Part shown: positions 41,026 to 51,835 of the stretch, piece after piece
Layout of the letters: the number at the start of each line of letters is the position of its first letter
Position numbering within the stretch: the stretch's first letter is position 1
Source of the DNA: Methanomassiliicoccaceae archaeon
GTDB taxonomy: Archaea > Thermoplasmatota > Thermoplasmata > Methanomassiliicoccales > Methanomassiliicoccaceae
Assembly (NCBI GenBank): GCA_040776945.1
Contig: JAXGZN010000002.1
Location: 288,001-352,000 of the forward strand
Reading direction: 5' to 3'
Length of the DNA: 64,000 bases
Translations under genes and position numbers: made by a program
Notes under the pieces: model-generated
The model's database searches: none
The model's input: only the letters and a program-made list of their open reading frames with translations
What the model was told of the DNA's origin: nothing

Positions 41026-42168
41026 CTACAGTGATTGAAGGTAGATCTGGAACCCCGGATGGGACATCCCATTGATGTGGGACATACAAAGACCGGTCGC
41101 TTCGTCCACCACGTAGTAATCGGCGGAGCTGTAGTGATATGGTCCGCCACCCTCGACACCAAGCTGGATCATCAAATGGGCCGTATGGCTGGAGATGCCT
41201 GGACAGTGGTACCAGTTCCAAGAGTAATAGCTGTTATAGCTTGAGTCTCCGGACCTTTCCAGTTCCGTCAGGGTACCATCATCGTTCACCATCCACACCT
41301 TCTCGAAATAGCTCGATGCGGTCAATGTAGAGCGGACCATGCCTTCGTAACGGGCGGTCCGGGAGGTATCGGTGAAGTTGAAGTGGTACACTCCGCCAGG
41401 TGTGAAGCCGTAGCTCGTTCCCACCACGACATGATCGAACATGTACGGTTGATCGTGATACTTGCCGCCGCTGCCGTATACCTTCATATCGTATGTCCGA
41501 GTTTCACTGATCTTCTGCCCGGTGTCCTGGTCGCAGGCGTAGGTCTTGAACTGGAACGCCCCCAGCTTGTAGACGGTCACTGTGATGGTTATGTTATGGT
41601 ACTCCGGAACGCATCTCCCAGTGTACATCCAGGTCCATCCCATCTTCTTATTTGTCGTGGTAGGATCATCCATCAGTAGGCCATGGCATCCCGTGGCATC
41701 GTTGTTCAGATTGACCTGCACCGTCCGGCCGTCCGGGGCGGTGGCGTTGACATACACCTCATTATTCGACAATCCGACGAACTGGACCGTTACGCCGATA
41801 TGTGCCGCGTCGGCCTGCCTCTCCACCCAGGTGTTGATACGCCCCAAGGTTGGGTCCCCGAAGGAGGGCGTTGCATAGTGGCCAATGTATGGCGTGAACG
41901 GTAATATTGTGTCCAGTTCGATGTTCACGAACGGCTCGTCCTTGCAAAGATCAGGGCATCTACACCAAGGCCCATACGCCGGAGCCGCGGCGACATCGCT
42001 GGAAAGCGGTGACGTCTCGCTCGATCCTAGGTTTGGAGCCAAGATCTCATCATCGTTGACATAGCCGCCTGATGTCGACGGCGACTGGTAAAGCAGCACA
42101 CCGGACACTCCGCCGATCATCAGAACCCCGACCAAAATGGTCGCTACTCTAGTATATCTCCCATCCAT
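41026..42168 (-). CDS. Secreted or membrane-anchored hypothetical protein (380 aa)
   Basis: N-terminal hydrophobic signal, Ser/Pro linker, beta-rich Tyr/Thr body, several Cys. Confidence 0.75.
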   Translation of the reverse strand: MDGRYTRVATILVGVLMIGGVSGVLLYQSPSTSGGYVNDDEILAPNLGSSETSPLSSDVAAAPAYGPWCRCPDLCKDEPFVNIELDTILPFTPYIGHYATPSFGDPTLGRINTWVERQADAAHIGVTVQFVGLSNNEVYVNATAPDGRTVQVNLNNDATGCHGLLMDDPTTTNKKMGWTWMYTGRCVPEYHNITITVTVYKLGAFQFKTYACDQDTGQKISETRTYDMKVYGSGGKYHDQPYMFDHVVVGTSYGFTPGGVYHFNFTDTSRTARYEGMVRSTLTASSYFEKVWMVNDDGTLTELERSGDSSYNSYYSWNWYHCPGISSHTAHLMIQLGVEGGGPYHYSSADYYVVDEATGLCMSHINGMSHPGFQIYLQSL

Positions 42169-42564
42169 CTCTCGTATCCTCCAGTTCCGGCCTCTTAGAT
42201 CGATGATCGCATGGCCGGCACTCAGGCCATATTGGAAACGCCCCTGATTGCTATTTCAGGGCCTCCCCCTAACCAGCCGCACGATAATGCGGAATCGTTT
42301 TTTAAAGATATAATAATGGTCGCATCTTGATAATTAGGCGGATGCTCGAACCTTAGAAGCTTGGCGAGGTTAACATCTATTGGCCTATTGCCCATGCAGG
42401 CATATTGACCGTCGCTGTTCGAGAACCGATCGGACCGACCTTCTGCTATCCACAAAGATCCGTATTATATGCGACATCTCAACCTAGACCACCTATCAAG
42501 ATGATCTCGCACTAAGAACAACTACTGGTTCATATCTGATAAGGTAATGGGGCATCTTCTTCCT

Positions 42565-43702
42565 GGCCGTGTTGTAAAAGTCAACTGACGAAATCTGAAG
42601 TCCGATTATCATCTGTTATCTATATTGTTATCAAAATGCATAAGTGTGGTCCAACCTATTGCCAGTTGTCCAAAAAGGTGATAGATTGGTTGCCACGACA
42701 CTAGCAATAACGAGCGAAGTATTCAAATTTTCCTGAGTTCGTCTCGACACGTTCGCGCTCGATCTCGAGCTCGTTACGGTCAACCTCGACCGCTACGACG
42801 ACGTGGCCAAGCACTCGTTCCGCTTGTCGCTCGAGGCGATTCGCCGGCACGCTAACGAGTTCGCTTTCTGGCAGCGTCGAGCGAGCAATGGACGACCGCC
42901 GACGGACGAGAGAACGCTTCTCGTGGCGTTCCTGCTCCGAGAGATTCTTAATCTGACGTTCCGCGAGACGGAGGGCATGCTGGAGATGTTCCGATCGCAT
43001 TACTCTCTGGATCGAATTCCGGACCACTCCACGCTCTCTCGCAAGCTGTCGTCCAGGCGTTGGACGACGGTGCCGGAGCGGTCCTTTAGGCATCTCGTGG
43101 ACGATATGCCGCCACGAGCAGCGGTCGTGGCGACGGACGCCACTGGCTACTCGGGACGCAAGCGCTCGTGGAGAGAAACGAAGCACGCTTGGCGGGCGAA
43201 AGAGGACTGGGTCAAGGTGCACGCGACCGTGGAGGTTGATGAGTTCATCGTTCTTTCGTACTCGCTCACGAAGTCGAACGTGCACGACAGCCAGGCGTTC
43301 GCTTCGGTCTGGGACCGGCTACCGAACAACGTGACGCCGAGGCGCAGTCTCGTCGATTCCGCTTACGTCGGCAACGACTGCCTGGAATCGGCTCGGAAGC
43401 ATGGAGCGACGCCGCTCCACGGCATCAAGAAGAACGCTCGCCTGGTCTCGAGGCCTTCGAACCTCTATCAAAAATTGGTCAACTTCGCTCGTCACTCACC
43501 TAACCGGTTCAAAGCGCAGTACACCAAGCGCGCGCACGCGGAGACGGTGTTCTCGATGATCTCCGCGCTGCTCGGGCACCGATCAAGATGCAGTACGAAG
43601 AATGGTAAGAAAAACGAGGTTCGGGCGAAGCTCGCCCTGTTCAACTTGATCCGGCTGGCCATGCGTAAGGAGTTCTGGTCATAGGAATTTTGCAACATGG
43701 CT
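42565..43702 (+). mobile_element. IS5-like insertion sequence
   Basis: Imperfect 18-bp TIRs GGCCGTGTTGTAAAAGTC / GAATTTTGCAACATGGCT around a DDE ORF. Confidence 0.7.
42803..43684 (+). CDS. IS5-family DDE transposase (N-terminus possibly eroded)
   Basis: PDHSTLSR, DATG, KVH, HDS, DSAY, 'Y.KRAHAETVFS'. Confidence 0.85.
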   Translation: MAKHSFRLSLEAIRRHANEFAFWQRRASNGRPPTDERTLLVAFLLREILNLTFRETEGMLEMFRSHYSLDRIPDHSTLSRKLSSRRWTTVPERSFRHLVDDMPPRAAVVATDATGYSGRKRSWRETKHAWRAKEDWVKVHATVEVDEFIVLSYSLTKSNVHDSQAFASVWDRLPNNVTPRRSLVDSAYVGNDCLESARKHGATPLHGIKKNARLVSRPSNLYQKLVNFARHSPNRFKAQYTKRAHAETVFSMISALLGHRSRCSTKNGKKNEVRAKLALFNLIRLAMRKEFWS

Positions 43703-43753
43703 ATACAATGATAGCACAGGCCACTTCAAAAATATGGGAGATGACATTACTAA

Positions 43754-44365
43754 TCATTTATTTAGATGGCATCCTATGGCAACCATTATTCTATCGATTG
43801 ATGGCTGAAGCATTGACTCCACAGTAATTTTACACCACGGTTTTGTCTTTTTTACGATAAATATGATAGAATAATCTGTTGTAATTATCTCAGTCTCAAC
43901 ATCAGAAGTGGCAGGGGGTAATACTGAAAGTCTGATTTTATATAACGGGTAACCAAATTTTGTCGTGTCTAGTTCTAGAATTTCAGATTTCTTGTTTTTC
44001 ACTTTATTCTCGCTCTTGAAACCGATATTATCTAATTTTACCATCGAGGCTTGATAAAGATCAACCTCCTCGTTTAATTGGAGCGGCGGAGGTAGTTTTT
44101 GAATCAGATCATTTGGACAATCATTTTCATCCTCATTTATTAAATGGATTTCCCCGCTGTTATGATATGACGCATGAGCTTTTTGGTAGCGACATTTTGG
44201 TATTCCTTTATCGTCTTTTTCCCAATATGGCAACTCAATGAACCAATAGATGTCTACTTGTGGGTCACCTGACGATTCTGTCAAGCTATTACGATATTCA
44301 ATCTTCAAAATACTCCTCTTTGAAGACTTATTTTTTGCGACTAGGCGAATTGTACAATCATTCAC
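43754..44365 (-). CDS. AT-rich hypothetical protein (203 aa)
   Basis: Long ORF in AT-rich DNA; no recognised motif. Confidence 0.6.
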   Translation of the reverse strand: MNDCTIRLVAKNKSSKRSILKIEYRNSLTESSGDPQVDIYWFIELPYWEKDDKGIPKCRYQKAHASYHNSGEIHLINEDENDCPNDLIQKLPPPLQLNEEVDLYQASMVKLDNIGFKSENKVKNKKSEILELDTTKFGYPLYKIRLSVLPPATSDVETEIITTDYSIIFIVKKTKPWCKITVESMLQPSIDRIMVAIGCHLNK

Positions 44366-44639
44366 ATAGACACAATTACCATTAACTAATAAAAACTGAC
44401 TTATTTGGTGGATGGGTGCGAACTGAGATCAACGGGCTGATCGTTTAGATTGGATGCTTATGACGAACCGCTTGGTTCGCCATTGTCCCCCCGGCATCTC
44501 CGTCCAGGAACCACATGGTGGAGAAGATATCGTCGTCCCCTGCTTGCCCATCACATTCATCTACCTTTGTTAAATAAGGGGTTCGATAGCGGATCGATAG
44601 GAGCGTTCCGTACGAGAGAGCATCATTGAACACATCGGC

Positions 44640-45166
44640 GCGCAATATGTCGGCGATGCTCTGAAGAAGTGGAACGAGTGCGAGCTGCTGGCAGCCTTTC
44701 TTGTCCTCAATGAACGTCAGGGAAGAGAATTTTGTGACAAAGAGGTCGATCCAATGCTCCCTGACAGAGGTCCGGGCGAACGCCCTATTGCTGATATTAC
44801 CTTAAAACGTGGTCTCCACTCAACCTCGTGAGGGTGATACATCTGCCTCACATCGTGGAAGAAGTCCACAGTTTACCAACCTTTGCGAGCAAGAGGAAGG
44901 AGCTCAGGGGCCGTAAACTTGATGGCGTTTACTTCGAGCTCGAGATGGCCCAATATTTTCACAACGAGAAGCTTCCTGGTTCATTCATCCCCCCTCTGAA
45001 GGGCCAGAGACAGTGCGAATTCATCCTATGCGATAAGATCTACATCGAATGCAGCGGCGGAGCTGATCTCAACCTCACATGCCTGGAAGGTAGATGGATT
45101 GAGTTCGACGGCCGTTCTAATCTTCGGTTGAGGAGCTTGAGAGCTAACGTCACTCGCCTTTCTTGA
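44640..45166 (+). pseudogene. Probable fragmented gene
   Basis: Protein-like pieces in two frames ('WNECELLAAFLVL', 'YFELEMAQYF...CEFILCDKIYIEC'). Confidence 0.3.
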
Positions 45167-46027
45167 TCGATCTCTCATATCTCAGCAAGTGCTGGAGCCT
45201 GTTTGGTTCAACCTTCAGCTCGTTCAGCAGCCTCAGGATGTTCTGTTGCGGGCTGATATTATTCCTTGGAGGGTTCGTCTCGATTAAGCCAGAAATGTCC
45301 AGGCTAGGGTCCACCCTGATATTGTCTGGCGGCTTGGAGTAATCGGGGTGGCGGCCTATATGGTTGCATATGATCAACGTGGAAGGTGGAAAGCGCCCGA
45401 CCAGCCCTCTTATCCTTGGCGTTATTACATGGCCCACACTGGGCCCAGCCTTTCAATATCTTCCTTCACGACCATTTTTAACATCCCCTCCATGCGTACG
45501 CTGCCGTCCATGAACACGGTTCCAGGTGTTCCTACCGACTTCATGCAGATAAGGTTCAAACCGCCTACGATCTTGCCGCCCACCATTCCGGAGAACGCCA
45601 TGACTGCGGATATGTAGTCCTTGCTACCTTTCAGACAGGACAGGATCTCCGACGGGTCCATGTACCTGATCACTAGATATGGACGGTAGGCTATATTTTG
45701 GTCGATCACCGACTGTGCTAGGGCCGCTTTTTCAAGGTCGGTGGCCAAGTTGTAGGCGAACCAGTTAGCCATCCCTTCGACCATGGCCCAGTCCTCCCCG
45801 ATTTTCTTTATCATGTTGAACTCCTCCTCTGGCAGGTCCCCGTAGAGAAAGTGGTGCCATATCTCGTGCACGACCGCCATCCGGGCCTAGGCTCTGAAGC
45901 AATCCTCTCCGGGGAAGTCAAATAAACCGCTCTCAATCTTCTGAGCCCTATCCCTCAACAGCTCCGGGCACACGAAGATGTTGCCGCTCGCTCTCGACAC
46001 CTGAAGGATTATCCATCCACAATCCAT
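45150..46027 (-). pseudogene. HExxH (gluzincin-like) metallopeptidase-domain gene with in-frame TAG (45887-45889) and likely frameshift at about 45435
   Basis: 'IFVCPELL...CFRA*ARMAVVHEIWHH...EGMANWFAY'; downstream ORF 45150..45437 looks like its continuation. Confidence 0.55.
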
Positions 46028-46038
46028 CAGCAGACCGA

Positions 46039-46629
46039 ATGAAGAGATCGTACGATCCGCACCGTTCCTTCCGAACCACCACGCTAGCTATATCCATCGG
46101 CATCCTGCTGTACGCGATCATCACCATCCGCCTCAACGTCCTCATCGTCCCAGGCACCGAGCTGACCGCGGTGCGGCCGAGCGTGGTCGTGCCAATGCTG
46201 GTCGGCTTCCTGTTCGGCCCCCTGGCCGGCTTTATCACGGGGTTGGCAGGCAACGCCCTCGGCGACGCTATCACCTACGGCGAGTTCTTCTGGCCCTGGG
46301 ACCTCGGCAACAGGATCATGGGCGCGATCCCCGGTCTCGCCTATCTCTTCCTTGACGATGAGCGCCGGCTCGGCCGCACCGGTCTGCTGTGGGCGCCTCC
46401 CCTGGCCGTAGCGGCAGCGGTCATCGGCGTGGCCGTCGCCGTTCCTATTGATCTGGACCTCCAGATGACCGTGACCACCGCCTAGGACGCCTGGCGGGTG
46501 TACGTGGCGGCCGCGGCCACCGACGCCATCAACGGTGTTATTCTTCTCCCGATCCTCGTCACCGTCTACGCGCACCTCAGGCGGTTAGCGCACAGAAAGG
46601 TCTGCGGGGATGGTGAGCTATCGACCTGA
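46039..46629 (+). CDS. ECF transporter S component, interrupted by in-frame TAG (46483-46485)
   Basis: 'VRP..VVPML.GFLFGPLAGF..G..GNALGD...WPW.LGN'; the last TM 'TDAINGVILLPILV' lies after the TAG in the same frame. Confidence 0.75.
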
Positions 46630-47162
46630 GGCCTTCCGCCTGCGCACATCGACCGCAAGATAGCCGACCGCCCCCAGGCCCATGAAGGCGACCGCCAGGA
46701 GAATGTCCAGGGGGCCAACGTAGGCCATGATTGGAAGCGAGCAGGCGACCCCCAGCGCCGGAATGGTCCCCCCGAACCTCGAGACGTTGGTGCACTCCCG
46801 GCCCTGGACGAAGAAGGTGGCCGCCGAGATGCAAATCATCAGGTACACGAACGCCGGGAGGAACACCGACGCGTTGATGATGCTCTCCAACCGCCGAGGA
46901 AGGTAGCGATCAGGAGGGCGAGCACGTCCGCGACCAGCCACGCTATCAGGGAAGCGGGGCCGACCAGTGCGCTGGTCATCGATAGAATGATGAAGATTCC
47001 GGCCCCGCCGACCGGGCCGACGATGACTTCTGGCGTTCCACAACCCCCTGGCGTCCTCATACCTGGTGTCGCCGGCGAACTAGACCATTCCCTCGATCCT
47101 GGAGACGGACCGGTCGGCGGCCGCTCCATCGATGGCGACCTTGTAGCCGTCGATATCTTCAT
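46618..47162 (-). pseudogene. APC-family amino-acid permease remnant (large internal deletion)
   Basis: N-terminal 'GAGIFI....A.VGPASLIAW' joined out of frame to C-terminal 'IPALGVACSL' helices. Confidence 0.65.
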
Positions 47163-47253
47163 GGCCAGCTAGACCATGGACGTTTTGTCCAGCCAAGGGC
47201 CTTAATGAGTATCTCTGAGCGGCCACGGCGGGCTTAAGATCTCGCCTGCTCTC

Positions 47254-47448
47254 ATGCCTGCGTTCACGCGCCGCCTATCATCAGAGTGCCCCGCCGATAT
47301 AATCACTGTATCGGTGCTGGACCTCGTGCCCATCGCCGCTGTCATCGCCTTCGAGATCTTGATCATCATCCAGTTCCCGCTGTGCTCGGCGCGGCATGCC
47401 TCGAAGCTCGGCCCGATGCAGGCTATCCTTCTGAAATTTGATCGGTGA
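47254..47448 (+). pseudogene. Possible FtsX/MacB-type ABC permease C-terminal remnant
   Basis: TM followed by 'ARHASKLGPMQAI', similar to A.RA.KLDP.EAL. Confidence 0.35.
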
Positions 47449-47859
47449 TCAAGATCGAAGATGAACCCCAAATCTCACAGAGTTCAGGCAGTTCAGCAGA
47501 CCCTGCCGCATCTCATTCACATCGGCGACTCAATAGCCACTAATGGTGAGAGAACCAGGTAAACGACCTGCCGGAGCCTATATCGAGCTCGACCGTCTCA
47601 CGGCCCGATCACCGCTACCGCTATGAGCGAAAAATACTCTCTCGGTACCGACCACGATCAACAGCTGTGAGCGTCATGATCGGCACGGGCGGAGGCCGAC
47701 GGATCATTCCGGCAATGATCCACGGTTCTAAAGAGCGGGGGGCAGATGAGTGATCCTTCGGTCGAGATGGCCGGCTGCCGCAATCGTCAACCGCACGGCG
47801 AACTCGCAGACAACCTTGCGGAGCAGGTCCGCGAACGCCCTTCCAACTCATCGGACCGC

Positions 47860-48459
47860 TCACGGCAGCCGCTTCTCCACCTCGTCCCAGTTCACCAGGT
47901 CCCACCAGCTCTCCACGAACTTGCCGCGGTCGTTCTTGTAATCCAAGTAGTACGCGTGCTCCCAGACATCGAGGACCAGCAAGATCTTCTGCTGCGCGTG
48001 CAGGTTCACGTTGTGCTTCTCCACCTGCACCAGCTGGGGCCTCTTGAGCTGGCCGCAGAACGACAGCGCGGCCCAGCCGGAGCCCTCGGCGCTCTTGGCC
48101 ACGGCCGAGAACTCCTTCTTGAAGCGGTCGAAGGAACCGAACTCCCTGTCGATGGTGTCTGCGATGCGCCCTCCCGGCCTTCCGCCGCCGGTCCCGGGCG
48201 GCGCCATGTTCTTCCAGAACAGGTAGTGGAGGAAGAGGCCTCCGAAGTTGAAGGAAAGCTCCTTGCACATCGCCTTCATGTCCAGATCGACGCCGGCCTT
48301 GCGCGCCTCCTCCATCTTCCCCAACACGCCGTTCGCTCCGTTGACGTAGGCGGCGTGGTGCTTGTCATGGTGCAGCCTCAGCAGGTCCTCGGAGATCACC
48401 GGGGCCAGCGCGTCGTAGCCGTACGGAAGTGGTTCCAACACATATCGGTTATCGTTCAA
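47860..48459 (-). CDS. sod: Fe/Mn superoxide dismutase
   Basis: LPYGYDAL.P, HHDKHH, GSGW, DVWEHAYY; GAGGTGA RBS before TTG 48459. Confidence 0.96.
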   Translation of the reverse strand: MNDNRYVLEPLPYGYDALAPVISEDLLRLHHDKHHAAYVNGANGVLGKMEEARKAGVDLDMKAMCKELSFNFGGLFLHYLFWKNMAPPGTGGGRPGGRIADTIDREFGSFDRFKKEFSAVAKSAEGSGWAALSFCGQLKRPQLVQVEKHNVNLHAQQKILLVLDVWEHAYYLDYKNDRGKFVESWWDLVNWDEVEKRLP

Positions 48460-48753
48460 GTGCTCACCTCTCCCCATGAGTTCGAGCGGCCGGTATAAGC
48501 TCCTTTCCCATCTGCCCGAACCGCCGGGCCGGAGCAGCGCTCTCACGCCCGGAGCGACCGCTCGACTGCGCGCGGCGGTGTAACGAACAACGGTCGATCA
48601 ACGGCCTGAAGCGGTCGACCCGATCACTTGCCTTGCGACACCTCTTATTCGATAGCGCTCTCCCCGCAAGGCCACCATTGAGCGGACCCGCCTCAGCTCA
48701 CTGACGGGCGCACGACGGTCCAGCGAGAGTGGGTCCGAGAGGGACCGGACCGT

Positions 48754-49389
48754 TCATCCGTCGTTCATCGCGGACAGCATGAGCTTCGCCGCCTGCGCCT
48801 CGGCCGCCCTCTTCGAGGACCCCATGCCCAGGACGGCCTTCCCGTTCAGCTCGATGGCGCGATAGAAAACCCTCTTCTCGCCGAGCATCTCATCGAACCC
48901 CCTCGAGGCCGGCTTCCAGCGCTTGGCCTCCACCAGTTCCTTGAGCTCGGTCACCGGGTCCTGGTGCTCCTCCGCTCGCTGCAAGAGATCGGGAGTGAGC
49001 ACCATCTCTTCAACGAAGCTTCTGGCCGCCTCATAGCCGTTCCTCTCGAACACGGCGCCGATGGCCGCCTCCACCGCTCCGGCCAAGATCGAGCTGGCCG
49101 CCTTGACCTCCACGCCATTCCCCAGTTTCAGCTCCTTTTCGATCTCGATCCTCATTCCGACCTCGCTCAGCACCCGGTCGCTCCTCAGGAAGTTGGTCAT
49201 CACCGTGAGCCGGCCCTCCCGCTCTGAGCAGTGTTCATGAACATGATCGGCGATGGCCAGGTTCAGGACGGCGTTGCCCAAGAACTCCAGACGTTGGTTG
49301 TGCTCGCTCCCGGCGGACGCGTGGGTCATTGCGCGGCCCCACAGATCTCCGGCGGCCGCCCGCATTCGGTCAACGATGGTCTCGGACAT
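48754..49389 (-). CDS. RNase III-like protein with dsRBD, catalytic residues degenerate (copy A)
   Basis: QRLEFLGNAVL (canonical ERLEFLGD), LAGAVEAAIGA (canonical ADxxEA), GMGSSKRAAEAQAA. Confidence 0.88.
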   Translation of the reverse strand: MSETIVDRMRAAAGDLWGRAMTHASAGSEHNQRLEFLGNAVLNLAIADHVHEHCSEREGRLTVMTNFLRSDRVLSEVGMRIEIEKELKLGNGVEVKAASSILAGAVEAAIGAVFERNGYEAARSFVEEMVLTPDLLQRAEEHQDPVTELKELVEAKRWKPASRGFDEMLGEKRVFYRAIELNGKAVLGMGSSKRAAEAQAAKLMLSAMNDG

Positions 49390-49619
49390 AAAGGCCGGGA
49401 AGATATCCGTTATTTAACTGCTGTCGGCGTGAGCATCAATCGTGGTTCCCGGGAGGAAGCGCACCGAGGTCCGAAGGACCGTAGAAAAGCGGTCAACGGA
49501 CAGGCAGCGGAAGCCGCTCATCCCGGCCTATCGGCATGGCCGTCACGCCATCGTCCACCGTTGTCGCACTTGATAATGACCGGACGTCCGTTTAATACGC
49601 TCTCGCCTTCCCGGATGGC

Positions 49620-51530
49620 ATGGGCCCCGCCAGTCCCCGCTCATCGACCAGCTCGACGTACGCGCCGATCTCCGACTACGCGCCGATCGGCGACCTCCGC
49701 AGCCTCGCGCTGGTGTCCAGGGACGGCTCCATCGACTGGTGCTGCTTCCCCCACTTCGGTTCGGGCAGCGTCTTCGCGGCCCTGCTGGACTCCAGGAAGG
49801 GAGGACGCTTCAAAGTGTCGCCCTCGGCTCCCTCGCTCTCGGAGCAGAGATACATCGACTCCACCAATGTTCTTCAAACTGTCTTCACCACTTCTTCCGG
49901 CTCATTATGCGTGACGGACCTCATGCCCCTGCGCGGCGACCTCGAGGAGGAGACCGACGGCCCGCACCAGATCCTCCGCCTGCTGTCGTGCGACGACGGA
50001 GAGATCGATATCAGCGTCGAATGGTCCCCGCGCTTCGACTACGCCCGGCGGCCGGTGCGCATGGAGCGCGTGGCCGGAGATTGGATCGCCACCGGGGGCG
50101 ACGAGCGCATGGTGCTGCACGGCCTGGACCGCGGGACGGTCGAGAACGAGCTCGGTCCGGTGCTCCGCGCTTCGATCCGCCTCCGGGCGGGGGAGAAGCT
50201 TCCCCTGATGGCGAGGTGGGAGCCGGCGGCCTCCGAGCCCGGTCCGAGCTTCCCCACGGCGGAGGAGGCCGGCGACATGATCGCGGAGACGGTCGAGGCC
50301 TGGAGGTGCTGGGCGGCGCGCTGTCCTGCCGGCCGGATCGATTGGCGGCTGATGCCCCACCTGGTCCGATCCGAGCTGGTGCTCAAGCTTCTCACCTACT
50401 CGAAGACCGGGGCCATCGTCGCCGCACCGACCACATCGCTTCCCGAAGCGATAGGCGGCGTCCGCAACTGGGACTACCGCTTCGCGTGGATCCGCGACGC
50501 CTCGCTCACCGCGCACGCCCTGATATCGCTGGGACACCACCGCGAGGCGTTCGAGTTCCTGTGCTGGATCGAGCGCACGTCGAAGGCCTGGGGAAGGCGG
50601 GACCGCGGCATCCATATCCTCTTCGGGGTGCACGGCGAGGCCGAGCTCGAGGAGATCGAGCTCGACCACCTCGAGGGGTACAAGGGCTCTCGGCCGGTGC
50701 GAATCGGCAACGGGGCGTATTCCCAGGTCCAACTGGAGAGCTTCGGGGAGGTGCTCAACATCGCCTGCGAGCTCGTGGACCGCGGCATCAGCCTGTCGAA
50801 GGACCTCCAGGACTTCCTCGTTTCCGTCGCGGACATGGCCTGCGCGTCGTGGCAGGAGCCGGACCAGGGGATCTGGGAGATCAGAGGCGAGCCGAAGCAC
50901 TACGTGTACACAAAGGCAATGATCTGGATGGCTCTCGATAAGGCGGTCCGATTGCACCGCGCGTGCGGATGGCGAAACGACGTCCGGCGGTGGACCGCGG
51001 TGCAGGAGAAGGTTAAAGCGGAGATCCTCGACCGAGGCTACGATCCGGAACTGGGGAGCTTCGTGCAGTCCTATGGCTCCAAGGAGCTGGACGCCGCGAA
51101 CCTGCGCCTGCCGCTCATGGGACTCCTGCCTACCGACGACATCCGCGTGCAGGGGACCATCGACCGCACCATGGAAAAGCTGACGGAGAACGGACTGGTC
51201 TACCGATACCTCAACGATGATTCCTTCCCCCAGGGCGAGGGCACGTTCGCGCTGTGCACCTTCTGGCTCGTCGACGCGCTCGCTCTCTCCGGCCGCATGG
51301 ACGAAGCGAGGGCGATCTTCGAGAACGTGGTCAACCTGGGCAACCACGTCGGCCTGTTCGCCGAGCAGTACGACGCCGCCACCGGCGAGGCCCTTGGTAA
51401 CTTCCCGCAGGCGTTCACTCACGTCGGGCTGATCAACAGCGCCGTGAACCTCGCTCGAGCGGAGAGCCTCGGCGCGCCCGTCCCGGTGAAGGTGCCGGAG
51501 CCCAGGGTGGAGGCCACTCCGCCGGTGTGA
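49620..51530 (+). CDS. Glycoside hydrolase family 15 (trehalase/glucoamylase-like)
   Basis: DYAPIGD, GSIDW.C.P.F, AAPTTSLPE..GG.RNWDYR..WIRD, GIWEIR, GNFPQAFTH. Confidence 0.93.
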   Translation: MGPASPRSSTSSTYAPISDYAPIGDLRSLALVSRDGSIDWCCFPHFGSGSVFAALLDSRKGGRFKVSPSAPSLSEQRYIDSTNVLQTVFTTSSGSLCVTDLMPLRGDLEEETDGPHQILRLLSCDDGEIDISVEWSPRFDYARRPVRMERVAGDWIATGGDERMVLHGLDRGTVENELGPVLRASIRLRAGEKLPLMARWEPAASEPGPSFPTAEEAGDMIAETVEAWRCWAARCPAGRIDWRLMPHLVRSELVLKLLTYSKTGAIVAAPTTSLPEAIGGVRNWDYRFAWIRDASLTAHALISLGHHREAFEFLCWIERTSKAWGRRDRGIHILFGVHGEAELEEIELDHLEGYKGSRPVRIGNGAYSQVQLESFGEVLNIACELVDRGISLSKDLQDFLVSVADMACASWQEPDQGIWEIRGEPKHYVYTKAMIWMALDKAVRLHRACGWRNDVRRWTAVQEKVKAEILDRGYDPELGSFVQSYGSKELDAANLRLPLMGLLPTDDIRVQGTIDRTMEKLTENGLVYRYLNDDSFPQGEGTFALCTFWLVDALALSGRMDEARAIFENVVNLGNHVGLFAEQYDAATGEALGNFPQAFTHVGLINSAVNLARAESLGAPVPVKVPEPRVEATPPV

Positions 51531-51835
51531 TGCTCTATTATCTCCTTCCGAGGGACCAGTGAACGGAAGGTGAGAGGGATCATACGCTCAAATGGCGTCA
51601 CCGCACAATGGAACTTTCAACGGGGCGAGGCTCCGCCGGACCTTTTATGGACCGGAAGGGGCGACGCCTTCAGGACGAAAGATGCAAAACGATGTCCTCA
51701 AGTGGATGACGGAATCCCATCCCGAGCGCGGGCAGGTCAGGAAGCCGTTCCTGTGCGCTCGCGACCACGTCGGCGTGGGTTGGTGCGAGCGGTGCGGCAG
51801 CCGGTCGAGCTCCAGTGCCCGCGTGGCCCCGACCA

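Noticed and set aside
23200-47800. Integrated provirus or ICE
   Set aside because: No integrase, att repeats, tRNA target, or structural/conjugation genes seen
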